64,000 bases of DNA from Candidatus Omnitrophota bacterium (GTDB lineage: Bacteria; Omnitrophota; Omnitrophia; Omnitrophales; Aquincolibacteriaceae): the NCBI GenBank assembly GCA_041666865.1, contig JBAYGD010000003.1:51642-115641 (forward strand), written 5' to 3'. The notes beneath the pieces were generated by a model. It worked only from the letters and a program-made list of their open reading frames with translations. It had not been told where the DNA came from and did no database searches. This document shows positions 8,818 to 18,503 of the stretch, piece by piece. Numbering within the stretch: position 1 is the first letter of the stretch; each line of letters begins with the position of its first letter. The translations under genes were made by a program, and so were the position numbers.

Positions 8818-9915
8818 CTAGGGGCAGTTGACATCCGCAACACTCTTCTCGGCGAGTTCGCTTGGGAGTCCTCCTTTCACGATGACTTTTCCGATCCGGA
8901 CGGGCAGGACAAACCGCAGCCGGCCCTCTTTGATTTTTTTATCCCGGCCCATGGCGCGGACGACTGCCCGGGTTTTTAACCCCAGACCCCCCGAAGAGAT
9001 CGGAAGGCCCAATCGCTCGATCAGCTTCTCGATCCTGCGCTCATCGGCCTCCTTCAGGAGCCCGAGCGTGACCGACAGTTTTGCGGCGCAGACCATTCCA
9101 AGAGCCACGGCCTCTCCGTGGAGAAACTTGCGGTAACCGCCCGCCTGCTCGAACCCGTGGCCGAACGTATGCCCGAAATTGAGAATCATCCGCTCCTGCC
9201 CGGTCTCAAACTCGTCGCGTCCCACGACCGCCGCCTTGATCGCAGCACAAGTCGCAACGATTTTTTCAAGAAGCCGGATGTCCCCCGCTAGAATCCGGGA
9301 GGCACGCCTCTCGAGGAATGCGAACAGCGCCGCATCACGGATCACTCCGTATTTGATAACTTCGGCGAGCGAAGCGCGCAGCTCGCGCTCCGGAAGGGTC
9401 CCGAGTGTCGCCACATCGGAAATCACGGCCTGAGGCGGATAAAAAGCTCCCACGAGATTTTTGCCTTCCGGCAGGTTGATGCCGGTTTTCCCGCCGATGG
9501 AGCTATCAACCTGGGCCAGAAGCGTCGTCCCCGCGTTGACGAACGGGACTCCGCGCAGATAGGTCGCCGCGGCAAATCCCGTCAGGTCTCCGACGACGCC
9601 GCCGCCGAAAGCAAGCATCGTGTCCCTTCGTTCGAAACGGCTCCGCACCAACTCTCGGTGGATCCGGAAAAGTTCCTTTTCGGATTTTGCAGTCTCAGAA
9701 TCCGGAACGAAACAAACCGAGACAGGATAACCGGCAAGGCGCAGCGACTGCCCGAGGGCCTTTCCGTACCGACGCCAAATTCCGGCCTGAGTGACCACCA
9801 TCACTTTTCCGCTCAGCCGCGACCGGCGCAGGATTTGTCCGGTCCGCGCCAAAAGGCCGCGGCCGATCGACACAGAATATTTCCCGGAACGGCTTTTGAC
9901 TTCGATCACTTTCAT
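8818..9915 (-). CDS. aroB: 3-dehydroquinate synthase
   Basis: GGGVVGDLTGFAAATYLRGVPFVNAGTTLLAQVDSSIGGKTGIN motifs; start at ATG 9915 (MKVIEVK) with GGAGG RBS. The track ORF's extra 27 aa were rejected. Confidence 0.85.
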   Translation of the reverse strand: MKVIEVKSRSGKYSVSIGRGLLARTGQILRRSRLSGKVMVVTQAGIWRRYGKALGQSLRLAGYPVSVCFVPDSETAKSEKELFRIHRELVRSRFERRDTMLAFGGGVVGDLTGFAAATYLRGVPFVNAGTTLLAQVDSSIGGKTGINLPEGKNLVGAFYPPQAVISDVATLGTLPERELRASLAEVIKYGVIRDAALFAFLERRASRILAGDIRLLEKIVATCAAIKAAVVGRDEFETGQERMILNFGHTFGHGFEQAGGYRKFLHGEAVALGMVCAAKLSVTLGLLKEADERRIEKLIERLGLPISSGGLGLKTRAVVRAMGRDKKIKEGRLRFVLPVRIGKVIVKGGLPSELAEKSVADVNCP

Positions 9916-10427
9916 GACGCTCCTCCCAGTTCCCGCAAGATCTCCCGAGCAACGGCCTCGGCGGTCTTCGAATCGGTTTTTACCCGGAAACGGCACGAGT
10001 TTTCATAAAGGCTCCGGCGCGCGGCCAGGATTTCTTCGAGCTTCGAGCACGGATCAGCCACCTTGAGAAGCGGCCGGCGCTCGTCTCCCCGGACCCTCGC
10101 CCAAAGCACTCCGGCCGAGGTCTCCAGATAAACCGCCGTCCCCGTCCGGCTCATGAGCTCGACGTTTTCGGGCCTCAGGATAATGCCCCCTCCCGTCGCC
10201 ACGACCAGCGGCTCGGTCTCATGGGCACAATCCGCCAAGGCCGAAGATTCCAGGCCCCGGAAAAAAGCTTCGCCCCGGGTCTCGAAAATTGTTGAAATCG
10301 CCATAGCATTCCGCGCTTCGATCCGCTCATCCAGATCCACAAAACCGCGCGCCGTGAGCTCCGCAAGTTTTTTGCCGGTGACGCTCTTGCCGGAGCCCAT
10401 CATGCCCACGAGGTAGACATGCCCCAC
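9912..10427 (-). CDS. aroK: Shikimate kinase
   Basis: Walker A LVGMMGSGKSVTGKKLA; likely GTG start at 10427, 2 nt after the aroC stop; 4-nt overlap with aroB. Confidence 0.7.
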   Translation of the reverse strand: MGHVYLVGMMGSGKSVTGKKLAELTARGFVDLDERIEARNAMAISTIFETRGEAFFRGLESSALADCAHETEPLVVATGGGIILRPENVELMSRTGTAVYLETSAGVLWARVRGDERRPLLKVADPCSKLEEILAARRSLYENSCRFRVKTDSKTAEAVAREILRELGGAS

Positions 10428-10429
10428 GT

Positions 10430-11551
10430 CTAAGCCCCGATCCGCTTCAGATACCCGTCGAAGTTTCTCCGGATCTCGGTCATCGAATCTCCGCCGAATT
10501 TTTCCAAAAAAGCACGGGCGAGCACAAAGGCGACGGAGTTTTCGCCGATCACGCTTCCGGCCGCAACCGCGCACACGTCGGAGCGTTCGAAGTCCGCGCG
10601 CTCCGGACGTTTCGTCTTCATATTCACCGAAGCGAGCGGCTGAGCCAGGGTCGAAATCGGTTTCATCGTCACACGAACCCGCAGGTCGCTGCCGTTGGTC
10701 ATTCCCCCCTCGACCCCCCCTGCACGGTTCGTCTTCCGGTAATATTTTCTTTTGCCGTCATAAAAAATTTCGTCATGCGCCTCGGAGCCGAAGAGCCCCG
10801 CGGCCCGGGTCCCGCACCCGATTTCCACCGCCTTGACGGACTGGAGGCTCATCAGATGCTGGGCCAACTGGCCGTCGAGTTTGCGGTCATGATGCACGTA
10901 ACTTCCGAGCCCGGGGGGCAGCCCCGCCGCACACACTTCAAAGGCGCCGCCCAGCGTGTCTTTTTTCCGGCGGGCCTGATCGATGGCGGCCTTCATGACC
11001 TGTTCGGCTTTGGGATATGCACAGTTGAGTTCCGAGCCTTCGGTGAGTTTGAGAAGGGTGTCCACCGAAAGATCCCCCGCCTCTTCCGCAACCGCCGGGC
11101 CGATTTGCACGACGTGGCTCGCGATCCGTATCCCGAACTCCGAGAGGAGAAGCCTCGCCAGGGCGCCCGCAGCGACCCGCATCGCCGTCTCACGCGCGCT
11201 CGCGCGCTCGAGGACGGCCCGGATCCCCTGGTCATACTTGAGCGCTCCGGCCAAATCGGCGTGCCCCGGCCTGGGACGCTCGAGCTCGCCCATTTGGTCG
11301 ATCTTGAAATCCCGGTTTGCCAGAAGCAGTCCGACCGGCGCGCCCGTCGAGATTCCCTTGAGGACGCCTCCGAGGATCTCGACCCGGTCGCTTTCGATCT
11401 TTTGCCTCCCGCCGCGGCCGTATCCGAGCTGGCGTCGCGCCAGTTCCCGCTGGACGGCTTCCAGGTCGACCCGCAGGCCGCTCGGCAGGCCTTCCACAAT
11501 GGCCGCAAGATATTTTCCGTGCGATTCACCCGTCGTCACATAGCTCAGCAT
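10430..11551 (-). CDS. aroC: Chorismate synthase
   Basis: 373 aa; MLSYVTTGESHGKYLAAIVEGLPSG N-terminus typical of AroC. Confidence 0.9.
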   Translation of the reverse strand: MLSYVTTGESHGKYLAAIVEGLPSGLRVDLEAVQRELARRQLGYGRGGRQKIESDRVEILGGVLKGISTGAPVGLLLANRDFKIDQMGELERPRPGHADLAGALKYDQGIRAVLERASARETAMRVAAGALARLLLSEFGIRIASHVVQIGPAVAEEAGDLSVDTLLKLTEGSELNCAYPKAEQVMKAAIDQARRKKDTLGGAFEVCAAGLPPGLGSYVHHDRKLDGQLAQHLMSLQSVKAVEIGCGTRAAGLFGSEAHDEIFYDGKRKYYRKTNRAGGVEGGMTNGSDLRVRVTMKPISTLAQPLASVNMKTKRPERADFERSDVCAVAAGSVIGENSVAFVLARAFLEKFGGDSMTEIRRNFDGYLKRIGA

Positions 11552-11570
11552 CGTCGGCCCCCTCGAGATC

Positions 11571-12362
11571 CTAGTTGGTCAGAAAAAAATACGCCATGAT
11601 CTTTTCCCCGAAGAAATAAAAAAGAATCCCCGCAAGCGCCAGGTAAGGCCCGAACGGGATCGTTTCCTGCTTGCGCGCAAATTTGGCATGGAGCGCGAAC
11701 GGAATCGCAAAAATCGGAGCGAAAAGAAAAACGAAAATCGCTTCCGACCATCCCACGAAGGCTCCGATGAGGGCCAGGAGCTTGACGTCGCCTCCGCCCA
11801 TCGTTTCTTTCCTGAAAATCAGGTTTCCCGCAAAGCCTACGGCCAGGAGGATCCCTCCTCCCGCCGCCAAACCGAGAAGCGAGCGGACAAGCCCCGCCCA
11901 CCAGAGCCCTTCATGCTGCAGGGCGGGAAAGGCCGCGCTCAGCAGAAGGCCGACCGCCATCCCCGGGTAGGTCATTTTATCAGGGATGAGCCCGGTTTCC
12001 AAATCCGTCATCGTTACGGCCAGGAGGACCGAAACGAGGACCGCGCCGGCCGCAAAAGACGCTCCGGCCCCGAAGCGCAGCCACAATAAAAACCAGAGGA
12101 GAGCGGTCACGAGCTCGACGACAAAATAACGCGGGGATATTTTCGCGCCGCACTGTCGGCACTTGCCGCGGAGCAGAAGGTAACTGACGAGCGGGACATT
12201 ATCGTACCAGGCAACCGGTTTTCCGCATGCCGGGCAGTGCGAGCCGGGCGAGACGATCGACTCCTCCTTCGGCATCCGGTGGATGCACACGTTCAGAAAA
12301 CTCCCCACGCACAATCCGAGCGCAATCACCAAAAACGGGATCCCTCCGTCGAGAAGCGTCAT
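11571..12362 (-). CDS. pilD: Type IV prepilin peptidase (A24 family)
   Basis: N-terminal CxxC...CxxC zinc motif (CPACGKPV...CRQCGAKI) and polytopic membrane domain. Confidence 0.8.
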   Translation of the reverse strand: MTLLDGGIPFLVIALGLCVGSFLNVCIHRMPKEESIVSPGSHCPACGKPVAWYDNVPLVSYLLLRGKCRQCGAKISPRYFVVELVTALLWFLLWLRFGAGASFAAGAVLVSVLLAVTMTDLETGLIPDKMTYPGMAVGLLLSAAFPALQHEGLWWAGLVRSLLGLAAGGGILLAVGFAGNLIFRKETMGGGDVKLLALIGAFVGWSEAIFVFLFAPIFAIPFALHAKFARKQETIPFGPYLALAGILFYFFGEKIMAYFFLTN

Positions 12363-13285
12363 CGCTTCACCGCCCGCGGGGCTTCCCGCTCTTTGAGCGC
12401 CTTCAGAAGCGCGGCGCGCATGACGGCAACCGGCGCTTTTTGGCCGGTCCAGTGTTCGAAGGCGGCGGTCCCCTGGTAGAGCAGCATGCCAAGGCCGTTC
12501 GAAGTCCGGTGTCCTTTCGCAGCGGCCGTTTTCAAAAAAGCCGTCTTCGAAGGGTGGTAAATGAGATCATAAAAAAACATCCTTCGCCCTGGCGCAGCGC
12601 GGGGAATCCACGCCGGATCGATCAGCGCCGGATCGCCTGGCCTCAGGCCGACGGTCGTCGCGTTGACGACCAAATGAACGCCGCGCAAAGCCGCCCGGAG
12701 CTCGCTTTCGCAGCAGGGAACGGCCGCAAACCGGGTCTTTGGAAAATGCCGTTTGAAATGGCTCGCAAGCGCGCGGGCCTTTTCGGGGATCATGTCGGTG
12801 AGTGTAAGCGTGCGAACTCCCCGGGAGGCCAAACCGCAGGCTACGGCGCGAGCCGCACCTCCGGCCCCCAAAAGCAGGGCGTCTTTGGCGCGCGGACGGA
12901 AGTCTCCGTCCTGTTCGAGCGAGCGCAGAAAGCCGTCGATATCGGTATTCGTCCCGATCCATTGCCCGCCCCGGCGGTAAACCGTGTTGACGGCCCCGAT
13001 CAGGCGTGCCTTGGGCGTCAGACAACCGAGAAACGCAATGACCCGCTCCTTATAGGGGACGGTCACGTTGAATCCGTCGAGCAAAAACCCCGGAAGGCCC
13101 TTCATGGCTTGCGTGAAATGCGCGGGATCGAGTTCAAAGGCGAGATAATGGTCCTTCCAGCCGTAAAAACCGAATCCGGCTTCTTGCATGGCGGGAGACA
13201 ACGTGTGCGAAAGCGGATATCCGAACAGGCCAAACAGGCGCGGCTTCCGGTCTTGACGCATGCGGATGACTTCCTCGTCGGACAA
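12359..13285 (-). CDS. aroE: Shikimate 5-dehydrogenase
   Basis: FGLFGYPLSHTLSPAMQ motif and NAD(P)-binding GAGGAARAV. Confidence 0.8.
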   Translation of the reverse strand: MSDEEVIRMRQDRKPRLFGLFGYPLSHTLSPAMQEAGFGFYGWKDHYLAFELDPAHFTQAMKGLPGFLLDGFNVTVPYKERVIAFLGCLTPKARLIGAVNTVYRRGGQWIGTNTDIDGFLRSLEQDGDFRPRAKDALLLGAGGAARAVACGLASRGVRTLTLTDMIPEKARALASHFKRHFPKTRFAAVPCCESELRAALRGVHLVVNATTVGLRPGDPALIDPAWIPRAAPGRRMFFYDLIYHPSKTAFLKTAAAKGHRTSNGLGMLLYQGTAAFEHWTGQKAPVAVMRAALLKALKEREAPRAVKR

Positions 13286-13335
13286 ATGCCTTAAGAATCC
13301 GTCTGCCGATCTGTTCTCTGCTCGGCTGGAAAAAA

Positions 13336-14889
13336 CTAAACCGGGGATGGATCTGCCGGCCCGTGAGAAAAGGACCGCCCGGAAATCTTGTTGATCGCAA
13401 AAAGATACGCCTTGACGCTGGCCTCGATGATATCGGTGCTGGTGCCCCGGCCCGACACTTCGCGGCCCGCAGCGTTCAGCTTGACGATGACTTCCCCGAG
13501 GGCGTCCTTGCCGCCCGTGACGGACTGAATCCCGTAGTGCGACAAACGCGCCCCCGAAGCGACGACCTTTTCAACGGCCTTGTAGCAGGCGTCGACCGGA
13601 CCGTCCCCTTCTGAAGAGGCCTCGTGAATCTGCCCTTTGAATTCGAGGCGGATTTCGGCGGACGGCACCCGTCCGGTTTCGCTCACGACCTTGAGAAAAA
13701 TCAGCTTCCAAACCTCGGGGACCTGGGAGATCTGCTCCTCAAGCAAGGCCTCGATGTCTTCGTCGAAAACATATTTTTTCTTGTCGGCGAGCATCTTGAA
13801 ACGCGCGAAGGCATTGTCCAATTCGGACGGATTGACCCGGAATCCAAGCTTGAGAACCCGCTGATTGAACGCATGGCGCCCCGACAATTTCCCGAGAATC
13901 AGCTGACTGCCCGACCAGCCGACCCGCTTCGGGTCGATGATCTCGTAGGTCTGGCGTTTTTTCAGGACGCCGTCCTGATGGATCCCCGATTCGTGGGAAA
14001 ACGCGTTGCGCCCGACAATGGCCTTGTTGGGCTGAACGACCATCCCGGTCAGGTGCGAAACGAGACGCGAGGTCTTCGTGATCTCTTTCATGCGGATCCC
14101 GGTCACACAACCTAGAAAATCCTTGCGGGTATCGATGGCCATCACGAGCTCTTCCAGGGACGCGTTGCCCGCGCGCTCGCCGATCCCGTTGATGGTGCAC
14201 TCCACCTGATTGGCACCGGCCAGCACCGCGGCCAGCGAGTTCGCTGTGGCAAGCCCCAGATCGTTGTGGCAGTGGACCGACAGCAAGACGCTTTTCCCAA
14301 GCTCCGGATTTTTCCGGATCAGATTCCGGATAAGCTCGCCGAATTCGAGCGGAACGGTGTAGCCCACCGTATCCGGGATGTTGATCGAAGTGGCGCCGGC
14401 GTCGATCGCCGCACGGACCGCCTCATGAAGAAACTTGGGCTCGGTTCGCGAAGCGTCCTCGGGAGAAAACTCGATCTGCGAAAAATCCTTCGCGGCCGAG
14501 CGGATGTTCCGCACGGCCATCTCCAGGATTTCTTTTTTGCCCTTCTTCAGCTTGTACTGGCGGTGGATCTGGGAAGTCGCCAGGAAGACGTGGAGCCGCT
14601 TGCGCCGTGCCTTTTCCAACGCGCGGCGGCAGGCGTCGATATCCGAAGGAATCATTCTCGACAAACCGCAAATGACGGGCTTGCGGACCTGTTCGGCAAT
14701 CATCGAAACCGCCTGAATTTCCCCCGGAGACGACGCGGGGAAACCGGCTTCGATGACGTCGACGTTGAGCCGCTCGAGCTGTTTGGCGATCTTGAGCTTC
14801 TCGTCGGGCACAAGGGAGGCCCCGGGCGACTGCTCTCCGTCGCGCAGCGTCGTATCGAAGATATAGATCCTTCTAGGTTTCTTGGGCAT
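13336..14889 (-). CDS. leuA: 2-isopropylmalate synthase
   Basis: IFDTTLRDGEQSPGASL DRE-TIM motif, HCHNDLGLATAN, C-terminal regulatory domain; 517 aa. Confidence 0.85.
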   Translation of the reverse strand: MPKKPRRIYIFDTTLRDGEQSPGASLVPDEKLKIAKQLERLNVDVIEAGFPASSPGEIQAVSMIAEQVRKPVICGLSRMIPSDIDACRRALEKARRKRLHVFLATSQIHRQYKLKKGKKEILEMAVRNIRSAAKDFSQIEFSPEDASRTEPKFLHEAVRAAIDAGATSINIPDTVGYTVPLEFGELIRNLIRKNPELGKSVLLSVHCHNDLGLATANSLAAVLAGANQVECTINGIGERAGNASLEELVMAIDTRKDFLGCVTGIRMKEITKTSRLVSHLTGMVVQPNKAIVGRNAFSHESGIHQDGVLKKRQTYEIIDPKRVGWSGSQLILGKLSGRHAFNQRVLKLGFRVNPSELDNAFARFKMLADKKKYVFDEDIEALLEEQISQVPEVWKLIFLKVVSETGRVPSAEIRLEFKGQIHEASSEGDGPVDACYKAVEKVVASGARLSHYGIQSVTGGKDALGEVIVKLNAAGREVSGRGTSTDIIEASVKAYLFAINKISGRSFSHGPADPSPV

Positions 14890-14969
14890 CGTCTATTCCT
14901 TGACCGCCAGGCAAAGGGGACAGTCACCTTGACGATCATTGCGCCAAAAGTGACGGTCACCCACGGCTT

Positions 14970-15968
14970 TTACTTCTTTTTCGTGATCCATTCCATCATG
15001 TTGCGCAGCTGCGCGCCGATCTTTTCGATCGGGTGCTGATCGCATTCCGCGCGCATCTTGTTGAACTGCGGGCGGCCTTTTTTATTTTCTTCGATCCACT
15101 CGCGCGCGAAATCCCCCGACTGGACTTCCTTCAGGATCTTCTTCATTTCCTTGCGCACGTCCGCGCTGATCACACGCTTGCCGCGGGAATAGTCGCCGTA
15201 TTCGGCAGTATCGGAAACCTTGCGGTGCATCCCGCTGATCCCGTCGGTGAAAATGGCGTCGACGATCAGCTTCACTTCGTGCTGGCATTCGAAATAGGCC
15301 ATCTCAGGCTGATACCCCGCTTCGACCAGCGTGTCATAGCCCGCGCGGATCAATTCGCTCAAGCCTCCGCACAAAACCGCCTGTTCGCCGAAAAGATCCG
15401 TCTCCGTCTCTTCCTTGAAATTCGTCTCGATCACGCCGGCACGGGTTCCGCCGATGGCCTTAGCATAAGCAAGGCCAAGCTTGAGAGCGTTCCCGGTCGC
15501 GTCTTGGTGCACGGCCACAAGACACGGCACCCCTCCGCCTTCGACGAACTGCGAGCGCACGAGCGAACCCGGCCCCTTGGGCGCCACCATGATCACGTCG
15601 AGGTCCTTGGCGGGCTTGATATATTGAAAATGGATATTGAACCCGTGAGAGAAAAGAAGGGCCTTCCCCGGCTTCATGTGAGGCTTCACGCTCTTTTCGA
15701 AGATCTCGGCCTGGAGATGATCTTGCGTCAGCATCTGGACGATATCCGCCTTCTCGGAGGCTTCTTCGGCGGTCATGGGCTTGAACCCGTCCTGGACTGC
15801 TTGGTCGTGATTTTTTCCGCCCGGCAGTTCCGCGATGAGGACCTCGACTCCGGAGTCCCGGAGATTGAGCCCCTGCCCGCGCCCCTGGATGCCGTAGCCG
15901 ATAATTGCGACCTTTTTGCCCTTCAGCTGGTTTAAATCCGCGTCCTTGTCATAGTAGATCTTGGCCAT
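14970..15968 (-). CDS. ilvC: Ketol-acid reductoisomerase
   Basis: [22 protein letters not shown] Rossmann motif; 332 aa. Confidence 0.9.
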   Translation of the reverse strand: MAKIYYDKDADLNQLKGKKVAIIGYGIQGRGQGLNLRDSGVEVLIAELPGGKNHDQAVQDGFKPMTAEEASEKADIVQMLTQDHLQAEIFEKSVKPHMKPGKALLFSHGFNIHFQYIKPAKDLDVIMVAPKGPGSLVRSQFVEGGGVPCLVAVHQDATGNALKLGLAYAKAIGGTRAGVIETNFKEETETDLFGEQAVLCGGLSELIRAGYDTLVEAGYQPEMAYFECQHEVKLIVDAIFTDGISGMHRKVSDTAEYGDYSRGKRVISADVRKEMKKILKEVQSGDFAREWIEENKKGRPQFNKMRAECDQHPIEKIGAQLRNMMEWITKKK

Positions 15969-15980
15969 GAAAATTTCTCC

Positions 15981-16553
15981 TTATGATTTTCTTTTTTTGG
16001 AGCCGGAAGGGGTCTTCGTGACCGCCTTTGTTTTGAGCTCGGGAACCGACGCCCCCGGAGCCCGAAGCTCGATTTTGCGCGAAAGGGCGATGATGCCGGT
16101 GCGCACCGTTTCGAGAATCCCGTACGGCTTGAGGAGCTCGATCATCGCGTCGATTTTCCCCTCGCCTCCCGTAACTTCCACGGTCAAGCTTTCGGGCTGA
16201 ACGTCGAGGATCTTGGCCCGGAAGGTGTTGGCGATTTGCATGACATCGTGCCGGCTCGAGGCGCTCGCGTTCACCTTGACGAGCACCAGCTCGCGGTCGA
16301 TGATGTCCTGGTCCGTGATGTCCACGACCTTGATCGTATCCACCAGCTTCTCGAGCTGTTTGACGATCTGGTCCAGGATCCTCTCGTCGCCGCGCGCCAC
16401 GATGGTCATGCGCGAAACCGTCGGGTCTTCCGTTTCTCCGACCGTGAGGCTGTCGATATTAAACCCCCGGGCCGAAAAAAGCCCCGCCACTCGGGCCAAA
16501 ACCCCGAAGTGATTTTCCACCAAAACCGAAATGGTATGCTGTAAGTCATTCAT
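15981..16553 (-). CDS. ilvN: Acetolactate synthase small (regulatory) subunit
   Basis: ACT domain HTISVLVENHFGVLARVAGLFSARGFNIDSL. Confidence 0.9.
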   Translation of the reverse strand: MNDLQHTISVLVENHFGVLARVAGLFSARGFNIDSLTVGETEDPTVSRMTIVARGDERILDQIVKQLEKLVDTIKVVDITDQDIIDRELVLVKVNASASSRHDVMQIANTFRAKILDVQPESLTVEVTGGEGKIDAMIELLKPYGILETVRTGIIALSRKIELRAPGASVPELKTKAVTKTPSGSKKRKS

Positions 16554-16799
16554 GTCATCTCCAATAGATCAAAACGTCAAGTTTTGATCTGCTTATTGTC
16601 CCGAAACATAGGTTTCGGGACTTGTGCTTCGTTGCTTTTCATGCCGCAGCCATGTTATTGCCCATAGGGGCCATGCGCGGCACCAAACCCGTTCGGTTTG
16701 GTGCGTGATCATCACAATGACTGCTTGCGATCATCACGGCACCAAACCCGTTCGGTTTGGTGCGTGATCATCACAATCACCGTTCGTGATTGTGTATGA
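16554..16799. repeat. Hairpin-rich repetitive element in the ilvB-ilvN spacer: 41-bp direct repeat x2 (16677-16717, 16736-16776) plus at least five perfect stem-loops
   Basis: Stem-loops at 16565-16589 (10-bp stem), 16597-16620 (10 bp), 16679-16703 and 16738-16762 (GCACCAAACC-CGTTC-GGTTTGGTGC), 16771-16793 (9 bp, same CGTTC loop); GTGATCATCAC palindromes occur three times. Confidence 0.6.
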
Positions 16800-18491
16800 T
16801 CACGCCATGTCCATAACCTGGTCCAGCGCATTGCCGGCCGGAACCATCGGATAAACATTGGCGTCCTGACAAACCTTCAGATGAACCATCACCGGCCCGT
16901 CGTGCGCAAGAGCCTCCTGGAGCGCCGGAACCACCTGACTTTTTTCCGTCACCCGGATCGCCTTGATCCCGTAAGCCTCGGCGATTTTCCCGAAGTCCGG
17001 ATTCGATGACGCAAGCTGGCTGGCCGAATACCGTTCCCGGTAAAACAGCTGCTGCCACTGCCTCACCATCCCGTGGTGGGAATTGTCCATGAGGATCAGC
17101 TTCACCGCCACTTTGTTCGCGGCCGCGGTTGCAAGCTCGGTCAGCGTCATCTGGAACGAGCCGTCTCCGTCGATGCAAAGAACCGTGTCCTGCGGACATC
17201 CGAGCTTGGCACCGATGGCCGCCGGGAAACCGTAGCCCATGGTTCCAAGACCGCCCGACGTAATCATGGTGCGCGGCCTCTCGAAGCCGTACCACTGGGC
17301 CGTCCACATTTGGTGCTGGCCGACGCCGGTCACGACCACCGCTTTGTGACCGGTCAGCTCGCCGAGTTTTTCGATGACGTATTCCTGACGGATGTCGTTT
17401 GTGTCCTGCTTGTATTTCATCGGATGTTTCGACTTCCACTCGACGATCTGGGCCAGCCACTCACCCATCTGCGGCCGGAGGTCGCCAAGGCGCTCCGTCA
17501 GGGCGCGCAGCGCCGGCTTCACATCGCCCAAGATAGGATAATGCACTCTCACGACTTTGGCGATCGAGGCCGGATCGATGTCGATATGGACGATTTTCGC
17601 GTTCGGCGCGAACTTGTCGATTTTTCCCGTCACCCGGTCGTCAAACCGGGCCCCGACCGAAATCAAAAGGTCGGAACCCTGGACTGAATAGTTGGCGTAG
17701 TGGGTCCCGTGCATGCCGAGCATGCGCAAAGAGGAGGGATGCGTCTCCGGAAAAGCCCCCAAGCCGAGGACAGTCGTCGTCACGGGAATCCCGGTTTTTT
17801 CCACCAATTCAAAAACTTCTTTTGCGGCATTGCCCGCGATCACCCCGCCTCCCACATAAAGACACGGCCTCCGGCTCTCCCGAATGGCCTTCGCGGCCGC
17901 TTCCACCTGAGCGCCGAACACGCCGGCGTCATAGTCGGGCTCGGGCCGGTAGCTTCGGATCGAAACCTTTTCGGGCCATTCAAACTCCACTTCCTGGCGG
18001 CTCACATCCACGGGAAAATCGATCAGGACCGGTCCGGGACGGCCGGTGCGCGCAATGTAAAAAGCTTCGCGGACGATCCGGCTAATGTCCTTCGCGTTCT
18101 TGACAAGATAGTTGTGTTTGGTCACCGGGCGCGTGATGCCGACCACGTCGGCCTCCTGAAACGCGTCGGAGCCGATAGCATGCGTGGCGACCTGCCCCGT
18201 GATGCAAACCAGCGGAACCGAGTCCATGTGAGCGGTCGCAAGCCCCGTGACCGTGTTCGTCGCTCCGGGCCCCGAAGTCACCAAACAGACGCCGACACGG
18301 CCTGTCGCGCGCGCGAAGCCGTCGGCCATGTGCGTCGCCCCCTGCTCGTGGCGCACCAAAACGAATTTGAGCTTGGAGTCCAGGAGGGCATCAAAGGTCG
18401 GCAGAATGACCCCTCCGGGGAGTCCGAACAAATAATCCACCCCTTCCATTTCCAAACTTTTGATCAATATCTGGGCGCCTGTCATTTTCAT
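16800..18491 (-). CDS. ilvB: Acetolactate synthase large subunit
   Basis: 563 aa; TPP-binding motifs (GDGSFQM), AHAS family. Confidence 0.9.
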   Translation of the reverse strand: MKMTGAQILIKSLEMEGVDYLFGLPGGVILPTFDALLDSKLKFVLVRHEQGATHMADGFARATGRVGVCLVTSGPGATNTVTGLATAHMDSVPLVCITGQVATHAIGSDAFQEADVVGITRPVTKHNYLVKNAKDISRIVREAFYIARTGRPGPVLIDFPVDVSRQEVEFEWPEKVSIRSYRPEPDYDAGVFGAQVEAAAKAIRESRRPCLYVGGGVIAGNAAKEVFELVEKTGIPVTTTVLGLGAFPETHPSSLRMLGMHGTHYANYSVQGSDLLISVGARFDDRVTGKIDKFAPNAKIVHIDIDPASIAKVVRVHYPILGDVKPALRALTERLGDLRPQMGEWLAQIVEWKSKHPMKYKQDTNDIRQEYVIEKLGELTGHKAVVVTGVGQHQMWTAQWYGFERPRTMITSGGLGTMGYGFPAAIGAKLGCPQDTVLCIDGDGSFQMTLTELATAAANKVAVKLILMDNSHHGMVRQWQQLFYRERYSASQLASSNPDFGKIAEAYGIKAIRVTEKSQVVPALQEALAHDGPVMVHLKVCQDANVYPMVPAGNALDQVMDMA

Positions 18492-18503
18492 GAGGAATGC
18501 TTC

